Shown piece by piece: positions 46,862-56,281 of a DNA stretch of 64,000 nt; position 1 is the first letter of the stretch, and the number at the start of each line of letters is the position of its first letter. A model generated the notes under the pieces. That model was not told the DNA's origin, did no database searches, and saw only the letters and a list, made by a program, of their open reading frames with translations. The stretch is from a bacterium. GTDB taxonomy: Bacteria; Hydrothermota; UBA3073; JACQXS01; JAGMCI01. Position numbers and translations under genes: made by a program. The DNA lies in NCBI GenBank assembly GCA_030018315.1, contig JASEGA010000003.1, positions 7,246 through 71,245 on the forward strand, written 5' to 3'.

Positions 46862-47338
46862 TTATGAGAAAAAAGTCTTAGCTAAAAGCCCTGCTATTGG
46901 TGGCAAAATGAATGTAGATGCCACCCTTATTAGCACAAATTTAGGTCCTAATATACTTATTTCAAGTGGCAGCCTACTAACAGTCCCCATTCCCCATGCT
47001 GCTATAAGGGTGACAAGACAGGACGCACTCGCCCCTATCTTATAAAAAGAAGCAAGTATCGGGAATAGTGCATAAGGACTTAGAGGAATAAGAAAGCCAA
47101 TCAACCACCCAATCATAATCCCCTTAAAGCCAGCTTCTTTACCTAACCATTTAGCAATAATATCTTTAGGAATCAAAACCTGCACCATTCCTGCAACGGC
47201 AAATGAAGCAATGAGAAGTGGTAAAACACCAAGAAAAGTTTTACCACTAAATTTAAGTCCCTCAATATATACGCCACGAGAATAAGCAAATACTGTTAGA
47301 ACTACAGCTATCCCAAACATTATAATAGTTGTAAGCAT
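46862..47338 (-). CDS. Predicted permease (polytopic membrane protein)
   Basis: Five hydrophobic segments. No soluble domain. Confidence 0.45.
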   Translation of the reverse strand: MLTTIIMFGIAVVLTVFAYSRGVYIEGLKFSGKTFLGVLPLLIASFAVAGMVQVLIPKDIIAKWLGKEAGFKGIMIGWLIGFLIPLSPYALFPILASFYKIGASASCLVTLIAAWGMGTVSRLPLEISILGPKFVLIRVASTFILPPIAGLLAKTFFS

Positions 47339-47382
47339 TTTCCCCTATTAGCGAGGCTGAAGCCTCACGCTACATATTTATC

Positions 47383-47613
47383 TTATGATTTCAATTCTTT
47401 TACGAACTTTCTCGTCTTATCACCTTCGCTGGTGATAAGGGCTTTTGTTTCTTCTCTTGTCTCCTTTATAAGTTCACTTATCTTCTCTATAAGTTCCCTC
47501 GTTTTCTTACCTTCTTCCAATATAGCTCTACCATTTTGTATAAGGAATTTGGTGAACACAATTGAAAGAAAAGCACCAAATATTACAAATATTATCGGGA
47601 TAGCTAAATTCAT
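47383..47613 (-). CDS. Small single-TM coiled-coil protein
   Basis: N-terminal TM helix then a Glu/Lys-rich helix. Confidence 0.3.
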   Translation of the reverse strand: MNLAIPIIFVIFGAFLSIVFTKFLIQNGRAILEEGKKTRELIEKISELIKETREETKALITSEGDKTRKFVKELKS

Positions 47614-47729
47614 CGCCCATCCCTTTTATAATTTAGATACATCTTATCACCTCCAGATGTACTATGCCTTCATTATATCTCCTTTATTTCTTTGATGTTC
47701 ATCCTACCTCAATGTTTACCCAGCTCATA

Positions 47730-48899
47730 TTATGGCCTGGGTTTACCAAAAGGTGATATTTCTCTAAGCCTATTAACAACACCAGGAAATACATCAATCA
47801 CTCGCTCTATATCCGCATCTGTATTATCTCTGCCAAGACTGAATCTTAAAGATGAGTGTGCAACTTGAGGTGGTATTCCCATAGATAGTAGGACATGGGA
47901 AGGCTCAAGTGACCCAGAAGTACAGGCAGACCCTGAAGATGCAGATATACCTTCATAATCCAAATTCAATAACATAGATTCACCCTCCACATATTTTACA
48001 CAAATTGATAGCGTCCCACTAAGCCTATTTTCTGGATGTCCTGTTAGAATAACATCCGGTATCTTATTCATTATACCATTATACAACTTATCCCTTAATC
48101 TTTTAAGCCTCGTATCTTCTTCGCTCATTTCACTCCCTGCTATTTCACACGCTTTACCTAGCCCTACAATGCCTGGAACATTTTCAGTACCAGCCCTACG
48201 ATTGAATTCATGATGACCACCATGGATGAGTGGGTCAACCTTTGTCCCTCTTTTAATATAAAGTGCACCTACTCCTTTGGGACCGTAAAATTTGTGTCCT
48301 GATAAAGAAAGTAAATCTACACCAAGCTTGTTAACATCTATAGGAATCTTACCCGCTGTCTGCACTGCATCTGTATGGAAATATATACCACGCTCTTTTG
48401 CAAACTTTGCAATCTCCTGGATTGGCTCAATTGTGCCGACTTCGTTGTTAGCATGCATAATAGTGATTAAAATTGTTTTATTAGTAATTGCAGCCTTGAG
48501 TTCGTCCAAATCAACAACCCCATATTTATCTACACCAACATAACTTACATTAAATCCCTGCCGCTCAAGCCACCTGCATGGGTTAATTACTGCATGATGC
48601 TCAATCTTTGATGTAATTATATGATTGCCCTTATCCTTATTTGCATAAGCAATTCCTTTAATTGCAAAATTATTTGCTTCAGTCCCACTTGCTGTGAACA
48701 CAATTTCCTTTGAATCCGCACATAAAAGTTTAGCTACTTTATCTCTTGCATCTTCAATGGCTTCACGCGCCTCACTTCCAAATTTATATATGCTTGATGG
48801 ATTACTGTATAACTCATTAAAATATGGACGCATCGCATCAATCACTCTTGGGTCAGTAGGTGTAGTAGCATTATGGTCAAGATAGATAAACTTAGCCAT
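47730..48899 (-). CDS. iscS: Cysteine desulfurase (IscS/NifS)
   Basis: SGHKFYGPKG PLP lysine motif and SSGSACTS active-site Cys loop. Confidence 0.9.
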   Translation of the reverse strand: MAKFIYLDHNATTPTDPRVIDAMRPYFNELYSNPSSIYKFGSEAREAIEDARDKVAKLLCADSKEIVFTASGTEANNFAIKGIAYANKDKGNHIITSKIEHHAVINPCRWLERQGFNVSYVGVDKYGVVDLDELKAAITNKTILITIMHANNEVGTIEPIQEIAKFAKERGIYFHTDAVQTAGKIPIDVNKLGVDLLSLSGHKFYGPKGVGALYIKRGTKVDPLIHGGHHEFNRRAGTENVPGIVGLGKACEIAGSEMSEEDTRLKRLRDKLYNGIMNKIPDVILTGHPENRLSGTLSICVKYVEGESMLLNLDYEGISASSGSACTSGSLEPSHVLLSMGIPPQVAHSSLRFSLGRDNTDADIERVIDVFPGVVNRLREISPFGKPRP

Positions 48900-49371
48900 C
48901 CTTCCCCCTCTGTTTGTATTCGTCCAAAATATCTTGCAAGCTCATATCATTAAGAATCTTGCTAAATTCCTTACTTAACCTATTCCATACAACTCTTGCT
49001 ACACAGTTATTTATTCTATCACACTCTCCGGTTGAGGTTTCACCTCTTGGCACACAGTTTGAAAGCTTAATAGGACCCTCAAGTGCATATAAAATATCGC
49101 CTACCTTTATTTTCTTAAGTGGCTTTTTAAGTTTATACCCACCACCAGGTCCTCGCACAGATTCAACCAATCCCGCTATATTAAGGTCGTGAAAAATTCT
49201 CTCCAAGTAAGCCATAGGAATACACTGTTTTTCAGATACACTCTTAACCGAAGTAGGGGCTTGATTAATCAAACCCCTACCTTGCCCATTTTTAGCTTGC
49301 CTCGCCAAGTCAAGGCGGGCAAGCTCAATCATTGCCCGTAGCCCATATCTACCTTTACTTGAAATCCTCAT
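48892..49371 (-). CDS. Rrf2-family regulator (IscR-like) with in-frame palindrome A insertion
   Basis: MRISSKGRYGLRAM... Rrf2 N-terminus and CVPRGETSTGECDRINNC ligand cysteines. Element A at 49253-49280 encodes GRGLINQAPTS just upstream of the HTH. Confidence 0.8.
   Translation of the reverse strand: MRISSKGRYGLRAMIELARLDLARQAKNGQGRGLINQAPTSVKSVSEKQCIPMAYLERIFHDLNIAGLVESVRGPGGGYKLKKPLKKIKVGDILYALEGPIKLSNCVPRGETSTGECDRINNCVARVVWNRLSKEFSKILNDMSLQDILDEYKQRGKDG
49253..49280. repeat. Palindromic element A variant (GTAGGGGCTTGATTAATCAAACCCCTAC) inside the iscR-like gene
   Basis: In-frame insertion. Confidence 0.8.
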
Positions 49372-49599
49372 ATTTTAATATTATAAAATACTCTACCATT
49401 TTTGTCAAGTATTTTTAAAAAAGGAGTGTACTGAAAAAAGTATAAAAATTGTCACTCTGAACGAAGTGAAGAGTTTCCGGATTCCGCATATTTATTTAGT
49501 AATAGAGATTCTTCGCTACGCTCAGAATGACAGTTTAATGGTATTTTTCAGCACGCTCTTGAAAAAGTACCAAAGTTTGATACCCTCATTGATAGCAAC

Positions 49600-50175
49600 T
49601 TACCTAATCAATATGAGTCCTTTAGCTGCCCTGTAACCATTGGATTCAAGATGGCAAAAATAGATACCAGCTGGTAGCATTTTACCCTCGTTATCCTTGC
49701 TATCTCAGTTTATGGTATAATAGCCGGCGAGTTGCATTGCAGATGCTAATCTTCTCACTACTCTACCCGTAATATCGTATATTCTGATGTCTACATAGCT
49801 ATCATTTGGAAGCCCGTATCTAATACTTGTCAGCCCAGTTGTAAGATTAGGATAGTTTTGTGATAGACTGTAGACAGATGGTAACAAAGAGTGTAGTAGT
49901 TGAGATTCATCAAGCCCGACAATTGGAATCATATCAAAAAATAGTAAACCACCCGATTCTATATAATTAGCACTTGCCGCTATCCCTGTCACAGATTGAC
50001 CTACAATATCGTATAACAAGAAAGAACTTGAACCCGCCTTACCACCAGCAGAAAATCCATTCTCTCGCATAATATAGTTCTGTGCTAAAATAGGAGTGGT
50101 AAGAACGAGAGATAAAAAGATAAATAAACTTGCTATTTGAGGTGCTACCTCTTTAGTCTGATTCAGTTTTTGCAC
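49600..50175 (-). pseudogene. Small T9SS cargo gene with in-frame TGA at the conserved CTD tryptophan codon
   Basis: One frame reads ...GYYTIN*DSKDNEGKMLPAGIYFCHLESNGYRAAKGLILIR*. TGA sits where paralogs have W (xxWDGxD). Confidence 0.55.
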
Positions 50176-51054
50176 CCCATACGGACTACATTTTACTATT
50201 TTACACTCTACGGCAACGGCTTAACAATCTTGTAAGTAATCCGTACAGAATGAATCCGATGACTCCCGTCATCGCTGTTAAGATAGCACCACACAAAATA
50301 TTTGTAGAGCGAGTTGCCAATGAGATAGCATTGTCCAAATTGCCGCGTAAAAGAGTTGCATTTATATTATTAGCATTGTTATCCATCACCCTTACTTCAA
50401 ATTCTGTTACCTTTGCTCCATCAGGCAGATTTACTGGAGCATACCACTCGGAATTGAGCGAATAACTGGCTAAGTAAAGGCCCCCAGTTGTTCCATAAGC
50501 ATAACTATTGGTACCTGGCATAAATGCACACGGTGGAATAGTGTAATATCTTACCACTGTATCCATCGTGATTGTGCCCTTGATAATAATCCCTCAGTTC
50601 ACTTCGAGTTTTTCCCCGGGTTACTCGTTCCGATGCCGACGTTACCGCCTCCATATGCCAATATGACCTCTCCAGAAGAAGCGTAATTGATATAAGGCTA
50701 TTTAGCATTTGTAGAGTCTTGCCAGCAAAGAATCTATTTTGACCCCCCTACTAATTTATTTCTATGTTCAAATACTCTACACTCAAGATTATTTGTGACT
50801 CCAATATAAAGAACTTTGTTAGACTTATTTGTGAGAATATACACGTAATATTGCTCGTTCATAATGTCATGCTGAATTTATTTCAGCATCTCTTTTTTTA
50901 AGATTCCGAAACAAGCCTGCCCTAAGGAGATTCTGAACCAAGTTCAGAATGACACTTTCAGGGTTCGGAATGACATTTCTAAATAGCCTCAGTCTAAATC
51001 AAAAATATCCAAAGTCAGTATAATTAATTTATAAAGATTTTGGGTGTCAACATT

Positions 51055-51978
51055 TTACTTAATTTGTTGTAGCCAGCCCCTATTTAGACCAAGTTTTGCC
51101 ATAAACTTAGTTGCTTTCTCATACTCTTTATCAGTCAATTCTCTTGCAATTTTTTTAAATTCATTTGCTCTATGTGCAGGAAAATACTGTGCCATCAAGC
51201 TTATATATGTATTTTTAGGCAACTCTTTATTGATGAACTCTAAAACTTTATAAGTAGAAGATAGGTTATTTGGTAAGATTAGGTGTCTTATAAGAAGCCC
51301 TCTTTTAGCAATCCCATTTTCTACTACAAGGTCGCCAACCTGTGAATGCATCTCCTTTACAGCAAGTTTCATTACATTAACATAGTTGCTTGCATCTGAA
51401 TATTTAGATGCAATTTTGGAGTCTCCGTACTTTGCATCCGGCATATATATATATATATCAATAATACCATCAAGTAGTCGCATGGTCTCAACCGAATCAT
51501 AGCCTCCAGTGTTATAAACAATAGGTATGTTTAACCCTTTCCCTCTTGCAATATAAATTGATTTAATTATAGGAGGTACAAAATGTGTCGGTGTGACAAG
51601 GTTTATGTTATGTGCACCCATATTCTGTAACTCTATCATCATATTTGAGAGAGCCTCTTCGTCAGTCTCATTTCCGACCCCTAACTGGCTTATTGGATAG
51701 TTCTGACAAAACACACAACGTAGTGAGCATTGTGTGAAGAATATTGTGCCTGACCCCATCGTCCCAGATATTGGGGGCTCTTCACCAAAGTGTAGATTAT
51801 AACTTGATACACAGGGTTTAGCTTTACTCCTACATATCCCATACTCTCCAATTAATCTATTTACTTTACAGTTCCTGCCACAAAGGGTACATTCTTTAAT
51901 GATTTCGTACCCAATTTCTATCTTTTCTTTAAATTTTTTTATCAGAAATTGTAAGATAAAGAGGTCGCACCTCTCGCA
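51055..51978 (-). CDS. AmmeMemoRadiSam-system-type radical SAM enzyme (AmrS-like); 5' end uncertain, no canonical start
   Basis: HFGEEPPISGTMGSGTIFFTQCSLRCVFCQNY plus an upstream CTLCGRNC...GIC Cys motif. The frame is open to 52005 with no ATG/GTG/TTG. Element E at 51960-51974. Confidence 0.65.
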   Translation of the reverse strand, partial: CERCDLFILQFLIKKFKEKIEIGYEIIKECTLCGRNCKVNRLIGEYGICRSKAKPCVSSYNLHFGEEPPISGTMGSGTIFFTQCSLRCVFCQNYPISQLGVGNETDEEALSNMMIELQNMGAHNINLVTPTHFVPPIIKSIYIARGKGLNIPIVYNTGGYDSVETMRLLDGIIDIYIYMPDAKYGDSKIASKYSDASNYVNVMKLAVKEMHSQVGDLVVENGIAKRGLLIRHLILPNNLSSTYKVLEFINKELPKNTYISLMAQYFPAHRANEFKKIARELTDKEYEKATKFMAKLGLNRGWLQQIK

Positions 51979-51988
51979 AATGGAAACT

Positions 51989-53269
51989 CTAACTAATTTT
52001 TGGTCCTACTTTTGATATTGAATAAATTTCAGGTCTAAGATAATTTTGGGCAACAGATAAGATATCTTCTTCACTCACTTTTTCAATATTTTCTGTTATT
52101 TCATCAGGTGGCACATATCTGCCAAGATGTATCTCATTTTCTAATAGGCTGACCATTCTTGCAGTTGTAGACTCAAGCCCCAACATTAAACAGCCCTTAA
52201 GGTGCTCTTTAGTGCGACTCAACTCGTCCGGCTCTAACCCATTTTTACGTAGTTTATCAAATTCATCCCATACACAATCAATTGCTTTCTCCATATTTGA
52301 TGGGTCAGTAGCGAGGTAGACACCAAAAATTCCTATGTCAGTTAGTAGTTCAAGTAAAGAAGCCACCTCATAAACAATGCCCTCTTTTTCTCGTAGCCGC
52401 TGAAACAGTCTTGAACTCATCCCACCACCTATTAGAGTGTTTAAGATAAGCCATAAATATCTATCTTTATTTTTATACTCAATAGTCCTTGTCCCAAGAG
52501 CTATATGGACTTGTAATATATCGTTTTTATGCAATTTTTTAGTAGTCGGTCCACTTACAAAAAGTGATTTCTCTCTCCCCTTTACCACCTCTTTTTCAAA
52601 ATCCAGCGATTTATGTACAAGGCCTACAAGTCTTTCATGCTTAAGGTTACCGGATGCAACCACAATTAAATTTGGGCCACGATAATGTACAGATTTAAAT
52701 TTTAAAATATCACTTATAGTAAACTTCTTAACATTTTCACTTGGTCCCATAATTGGGTAAGAAAGTGGATGCGGCTCAAACAATGCCTGTGTCAAAAGAT
52801 AAATTGACTGGTCAGCCGGTGAGTCTTCAAAACTCTTTATTTCCTCAAGTATAACACCTCTCTCTCTTTCAATTTCAGCTTTGTCAAATTTAGAATTCTT
52901 TAAAATATCTGCAATTAAATCCCACACCTTATCAAGATGCTCATCAAGAAATCTTGCATAAAAGTATGTAAACTCTTTTGCTGTAAAGCCGTTAAGTTCA
53001 CCTCCTATTGAATCTATCTCAGTTGCTATATCTTTTGCTGACCTGCGTTCAGTGCCTTTAAAAAACAGGTGCTCAATAAAATGTGAAATACCATTCTCAT
53101 TCTTATTTTCATCCCTTGCCCCTCTTGTCAAACATACTCCAAGTGATACTGAACGCACATTTTTGACACTCTCTGTTACTACCCGTATCCCATTATTAAG
53201 TATGGTCTTAGAATAAGATTTAGAATTTATCATTGTTTCTAATAATACTGTATAAAAATTGGAAGTCAA
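51989..53269 (-). CDS. M16-family zinc peptidase (insulinase-like)
   Basis: HFIEHLFFKGT (HxxEH) motif. Confidence 0.8.
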   Translation of the reverse strand: MTSNFYTVLLETMINSKSYSKTILNNGIRVVTESVKNVRSVSLGVCLTRGARDENKNENGISHFIEHLFFKGTERRSAKDIATEIDSIGGELNGFTAKEFTYFYARFLDEHLDKVWDLIADILKNSKFDKAEIERERGVILEEIKSFEDSPADQSIYLLTQALFEPHPLSYPIMGPSENVKKFTISDILKFKSVHYRGPNLIVVASGNLKHERLVGLVHKSLDFEKEVVKGREKSLFVSGPTTKKLHKNDILQVHIALGTRTIEYKNKDRYLWLILNTLIGGGMSSRLFQRLREKEGIVYEVASLLELLTDIGIFGVYLATDPSNMEKAIDCVWDEFDKLRKNGLEPDELSRTKEHLKGCLMLGLESTTARMVSLLENEIHLGRYVPPDEITENIEKVSEEDILSVAQNYLRPEIYSISKVGPKIS

Positions 53270-53276
53270 GTTTTAT

Positions 53277-53361
53277 ATATACTGGAGTTTCCCCATTTTT
53301 TGTTTTTTTTCTTAAATTATGAAATTTATACTATAAATTTTGGGGAAACTCCAGTTATATA
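53277..53361. promoter_or_regulatory. 19-bp inverted repeat (ATATACTGGAGTTTCCCC ... GGGGAAACTCCAGTTATAT) flanking a 48-nt AT-rich spacer between divergent genes
   Basis: Arms at 53277-53294 and 53343-53361. The right arm plus flank repeats the motif at 1048-1071. Confidence 0.5.
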
Positions 53362-53556
53362 CTAATAATATTATTTGTTAGAGTCGAGTATTGAGCAGTG
53401 AGAATTGGGAATCCCCGCTTCTCGCTACTCGCTTCTCCATTTAGGATTTGGTCCACCTCAGGCAGATTGACATTTGAGCTTTGGATGTGTAGTTTAGTAA
53501 ATATTTTATTTGACAAACAGGGTAATCCCTGTTATTTTACAAATCAAGGAGGTAAA

Positions 53557-54552
53557 ATGAAAAGGTGTTTACTTATTGTAGTTTTATTCCTTATTGGGTG
53601 TGCCAGTCAATATATGACTGCTGGTAAAGTTTACATGCAACAAGAGGAATATAAGAAGGCAGAGGAGCAATTTAAGCAACAACTAAGTCAAAATCCACTT
53701 GACCCTGATGCTTGGTGGTGGCTTGGCACAGCTTATGTTTACGAGAAAGAGTATGAGGAGGCATGTAAATGTTTTGATAAGATAGCAGAGATAGTACCAG
53801 AAAAAAAGGAGTTAAAAAAGGACAAGCCTTTTTTGTGGTCAGTGTATTACGATGCAGGACTACAGGCGCAACGTAATGAAGACTGGGGACTTGCCAAAAA
53901 ACGATTTAAAAAGGCTACTGAATTTGAGCCCGACTCTTCAATCGCATATGTAAACTTAGCATGGATATTCTCAAAATTAGGTGAAGAAGATACAATGATA
54001 GCATATTATAATAAAGCAATTGAACTTAATCCTAATAATTTAGAACCGTATCGGAATTTGGGTATTTATTATATAAAAGCCGAAAAATACAACCAAGCTA
54101 TTGATTATTTTAAGCAAGGTTTAGCTATAGATTCCACAGATGCGCATCTCCTGTATAGATTAGGTGTTTGTTATTTCTACAAAGAGGATTATCCAAATGC
54201 TAAGAATGCATTTGAGCGTGTAATTAGAGCTGACTCTACATTAGAGGATGCATATTTTAATCTCGGTGCTATCTTAATAAAAGAGAAAAAGTATAACGAA
54301 GCAGTTAAGGTTTTAAGTAGAGCAGTTACATTAAGACCGGACGATATCGAAGCCCTATCTCATTTAGGTGGTGTCTATCTTATTATGGGCGAATACAAAA
54401 ATGCAGTAGATACTTATACTAAAATTATCGACCTTAATCCTACAAATGTAGATGCTTATGAGGGCAGAGCCAACGCTTATTGGAAGCTTGGGATGAAGAA
54501 GGAGGCAGATGCTGATTTGAATAAGGCAAAAGAGTTACACAAAGAGAAATAG
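53557..54552 (+). CDS. TPR-repeat lipoprotein
   Basis: SD AAGGAGGT then MKRCLLIVVLFLIGC lipobox. Multiple TPR units. Confidence 0.75.
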   Translation: MKRCLLIVVLFLIGCASQYMTAGKVYMQQEEYKKAEEQFKQQLSQNPLDPDAWWWLGTAYVYEKEYEEACKCFDKIAEIVPEKKELKKDKPFLWSVYYDAGLQAQRNEDWGLAKKRFKKATEFEPDSSIAYVNLAWIFSKLGEEDTMIAYYNKAIELNPNNLEPYRNLGIYYIKAEKYNQAIDYFKQGLAIDSTDAHLLYRLGVCYFYKEDYPNAKNAFERVIRADSTLEDAYFNLGAILIKEKKYNEAVKVLSRAVTLRPDDIEALSHLGGVYLIMGEYKNAVDTYTKIIDLNPTNVDAYEGRANAYWKLGMKKEADADLNKAKELHKEK

Positions 54553-54558
54553 GAGACT

Positions 54559-55173
54559 GTGTTATCCGATAACACTATCCATGTAGGGACACGCCATGGC
54601 GTGTCCCTACTCGTAATATTATTTTGCTCTTCATCACTTTCACATTGTTTGCATAGATTGGACTTTAGGCTTTGGATTTATAGAAATATGGGTATCCGTT
54701 ATATGAATGAAAGACAATACGATAAAGCTATTAATTATTTTAAGCGTGGTTTAAGCATAGATTCAACAGATGCGAAGATTTGGCATCAGCTTGGTGTTTG
54801 TTATTTCTATAAAGGTGATTGCATAAATGCTAAAGAGGCGTTTGAGTATACAATTAAGTATGACTCTACATTAGAGGACACTTACTTCAATCTCGGTGTT
54901 CTCTTAATAAAGGATAAAAGATATGACAAAGCAGTAAAAGTTCTAAATAAGTTAGTTAAACTTAAACCGGACGATATTTCTGCACTTTTACATTTAGGTA
55001 GTGTTTATCTAATTATTGGAGAATATAAAAAGGCAGTTGATATTTATACTAAAATCATAAAATTTAATCCTGATAATTTAGAGGCTTATGAAGGTAGGGC
55101 TACTGCTTACTGGAAGCTTGGGCTTGATAATAATGCAAAAGCTGATTTAATACGAGCAAAAGAGTTACATTAA
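54559..55173 (+). CDS. TPR-repeat protein, diverged tandem duplicate of the 3' half of the upstream gene, beginning with element C
   Basis: Residues after ~50 align with the C-terminal ~160 aa of the upstream gene. The N-terminus MLSDNTIHVGTRHGVSLL is encoded by palindrome C at 54583-54610. Confidence 0.55.
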   Translation: MLSDNTIHVGTRHGVSLLVILFCSSSLSHCLHRLDFRLWIYRNMGIRYMNERQYDKAINYFKRGLSIDSTDAKIWHQLGVCYFYKGDCINAKEAFEYTIKYDSTLEDTYFNLGVLLIKDKRYDKAVKVLNKLVKLKPDDISALLHLGSVYLIIGEYKKAVDIYTKIIKFNPDNLEAYEGRATAYWKLGLDNNAKADLIRAKELH

Positions 55174-55176
55174 TTT

Positions 55177-56148
55177 TCATATTTTGAATGTATCACAAAT
55201 TAGTTCAAGTTGTTGTATCCATTTCCACTTCTTTTCACCTGGTGCAAATATATGCATATCTATCACATAAAGCTCACCCCCACTCCATAAAATATATGTC
55301 CTGAAAGGTCCGCCCATCACTTTTTTGTCATTTTGCCATATTCCGTCAAGTTTAGCAGCTTGCATATTATGAAAGCTAACCCAGTAAAATTTTGTCCTTA
55401 GAGTATCAACCTTGTCTCCCTCGTAATACTTATAACCAATCTTATCCCTTATAGCTATTGCCTTCTCTTTATTTAATTTCTCCTTTGGGCAAGTCTCCCA
55501 GTATATTGATATGATTCTATCCGGGAAATGGCGTATAAAGCTTACAAATCCAAATTCATCGCTTGCTACAACCCAGCCGCGAGGGATAGAGATTGAGAAT
55601 CCATACTTAGCTTGTAGGTTATCAGCTATCTCCTTTTGGTAGCCTCCTTTATACAAAGCTTCTTTAATTGATTTTCTCACCCCTTCTGCAAAGTAGTTAA
55701 ATATAAGGTCAGCATTACTCTCTACTACTTCAATTAGTTTATATACAGTAGGAGCAGCTATAACAAGAACACACTGGTCATCGATAAAAAGGTTAGGTGC
55801 CCCAAAAATATAGTCTTCACCTGCCATTACCTTCTTAATCGCATCTGGTGCCAGTGTGGAGTCAATGACTGGTTCACCAATAAGCCCAAAAATGAGAATG
55901 TTACGCCGATACCTAAACTCGGGTAGTTTTTTAGCTGTTATCTTTTTAGTCTCAAAAATATTCTCTGTAGTAGGAGTATATATGACATGCTCAAGTGCAG
56001 CTTTGATAATGCTATCAACTGCAGAATAATCAACATCTTCACTAACTACAACAACCTCTGTCTGCTTCCCTACAGCGTGTGGCGGTTTATACTGCTGTAC
56101 ACAGTTAGCTAATATAAGAAAAGGCAGTATTGCAAATACTTTTACCAT
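55177..56148 (-). CDS. Hypothetical lipoprotein
   Basis: Signal peptide with ...LANC lipobox-like motif. No family recognised. Confidence 0.4.
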   Translation of the reverse strand: MVKVFAILPFLILANCVQQYKPPHAVGKQTEVVVVSEDVDYSAVDSIIKAALEHVIYTPTTENIFETKKITAKKLPEFRYRRNILIFGLIGEPVIDSTLAPDAIKKVMAGEDYIFGAPNLFIDDQCVLVIAAPTVYKLIEVVESNADLIFNYFAEGVRKSIKEALYKGGYQKEIADNLQAKYGFSISIPRGWVVASDEFGFVSFIRHFPDRIISIYWETCPKEKLNKEKAIAIRDKIGYKYYEGDKVDTLRTKFYWVSFHNMQAAKLDGIWQNDKKVMGGPFRTYILWSGGELYVIDMHIFAPGEKKWKWIQQLELICDTFKI

Positions 56149-56281
56149 CCACTCACATTATACTCTGCTATATTTTAGCTTGTCAAATAAAAACCTTGAT
56201 TTTTATAGTAAACTATGATAAATTTTTACTAAGATTGCTTCGTCCCGATAAATCAGGACTCGCAATGACGGTAAAAAAGAT

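Noticed and set aside
39280-49704. Genetic-code reassignment of TGA
   Set aside because: Only two in-frame TGAs were seen. They replace different amino acids (Arg and Trp). Dozens of genes in the window terminate cleanly at TGA. Nonsense mutations or assembly errors are more parsimonious.
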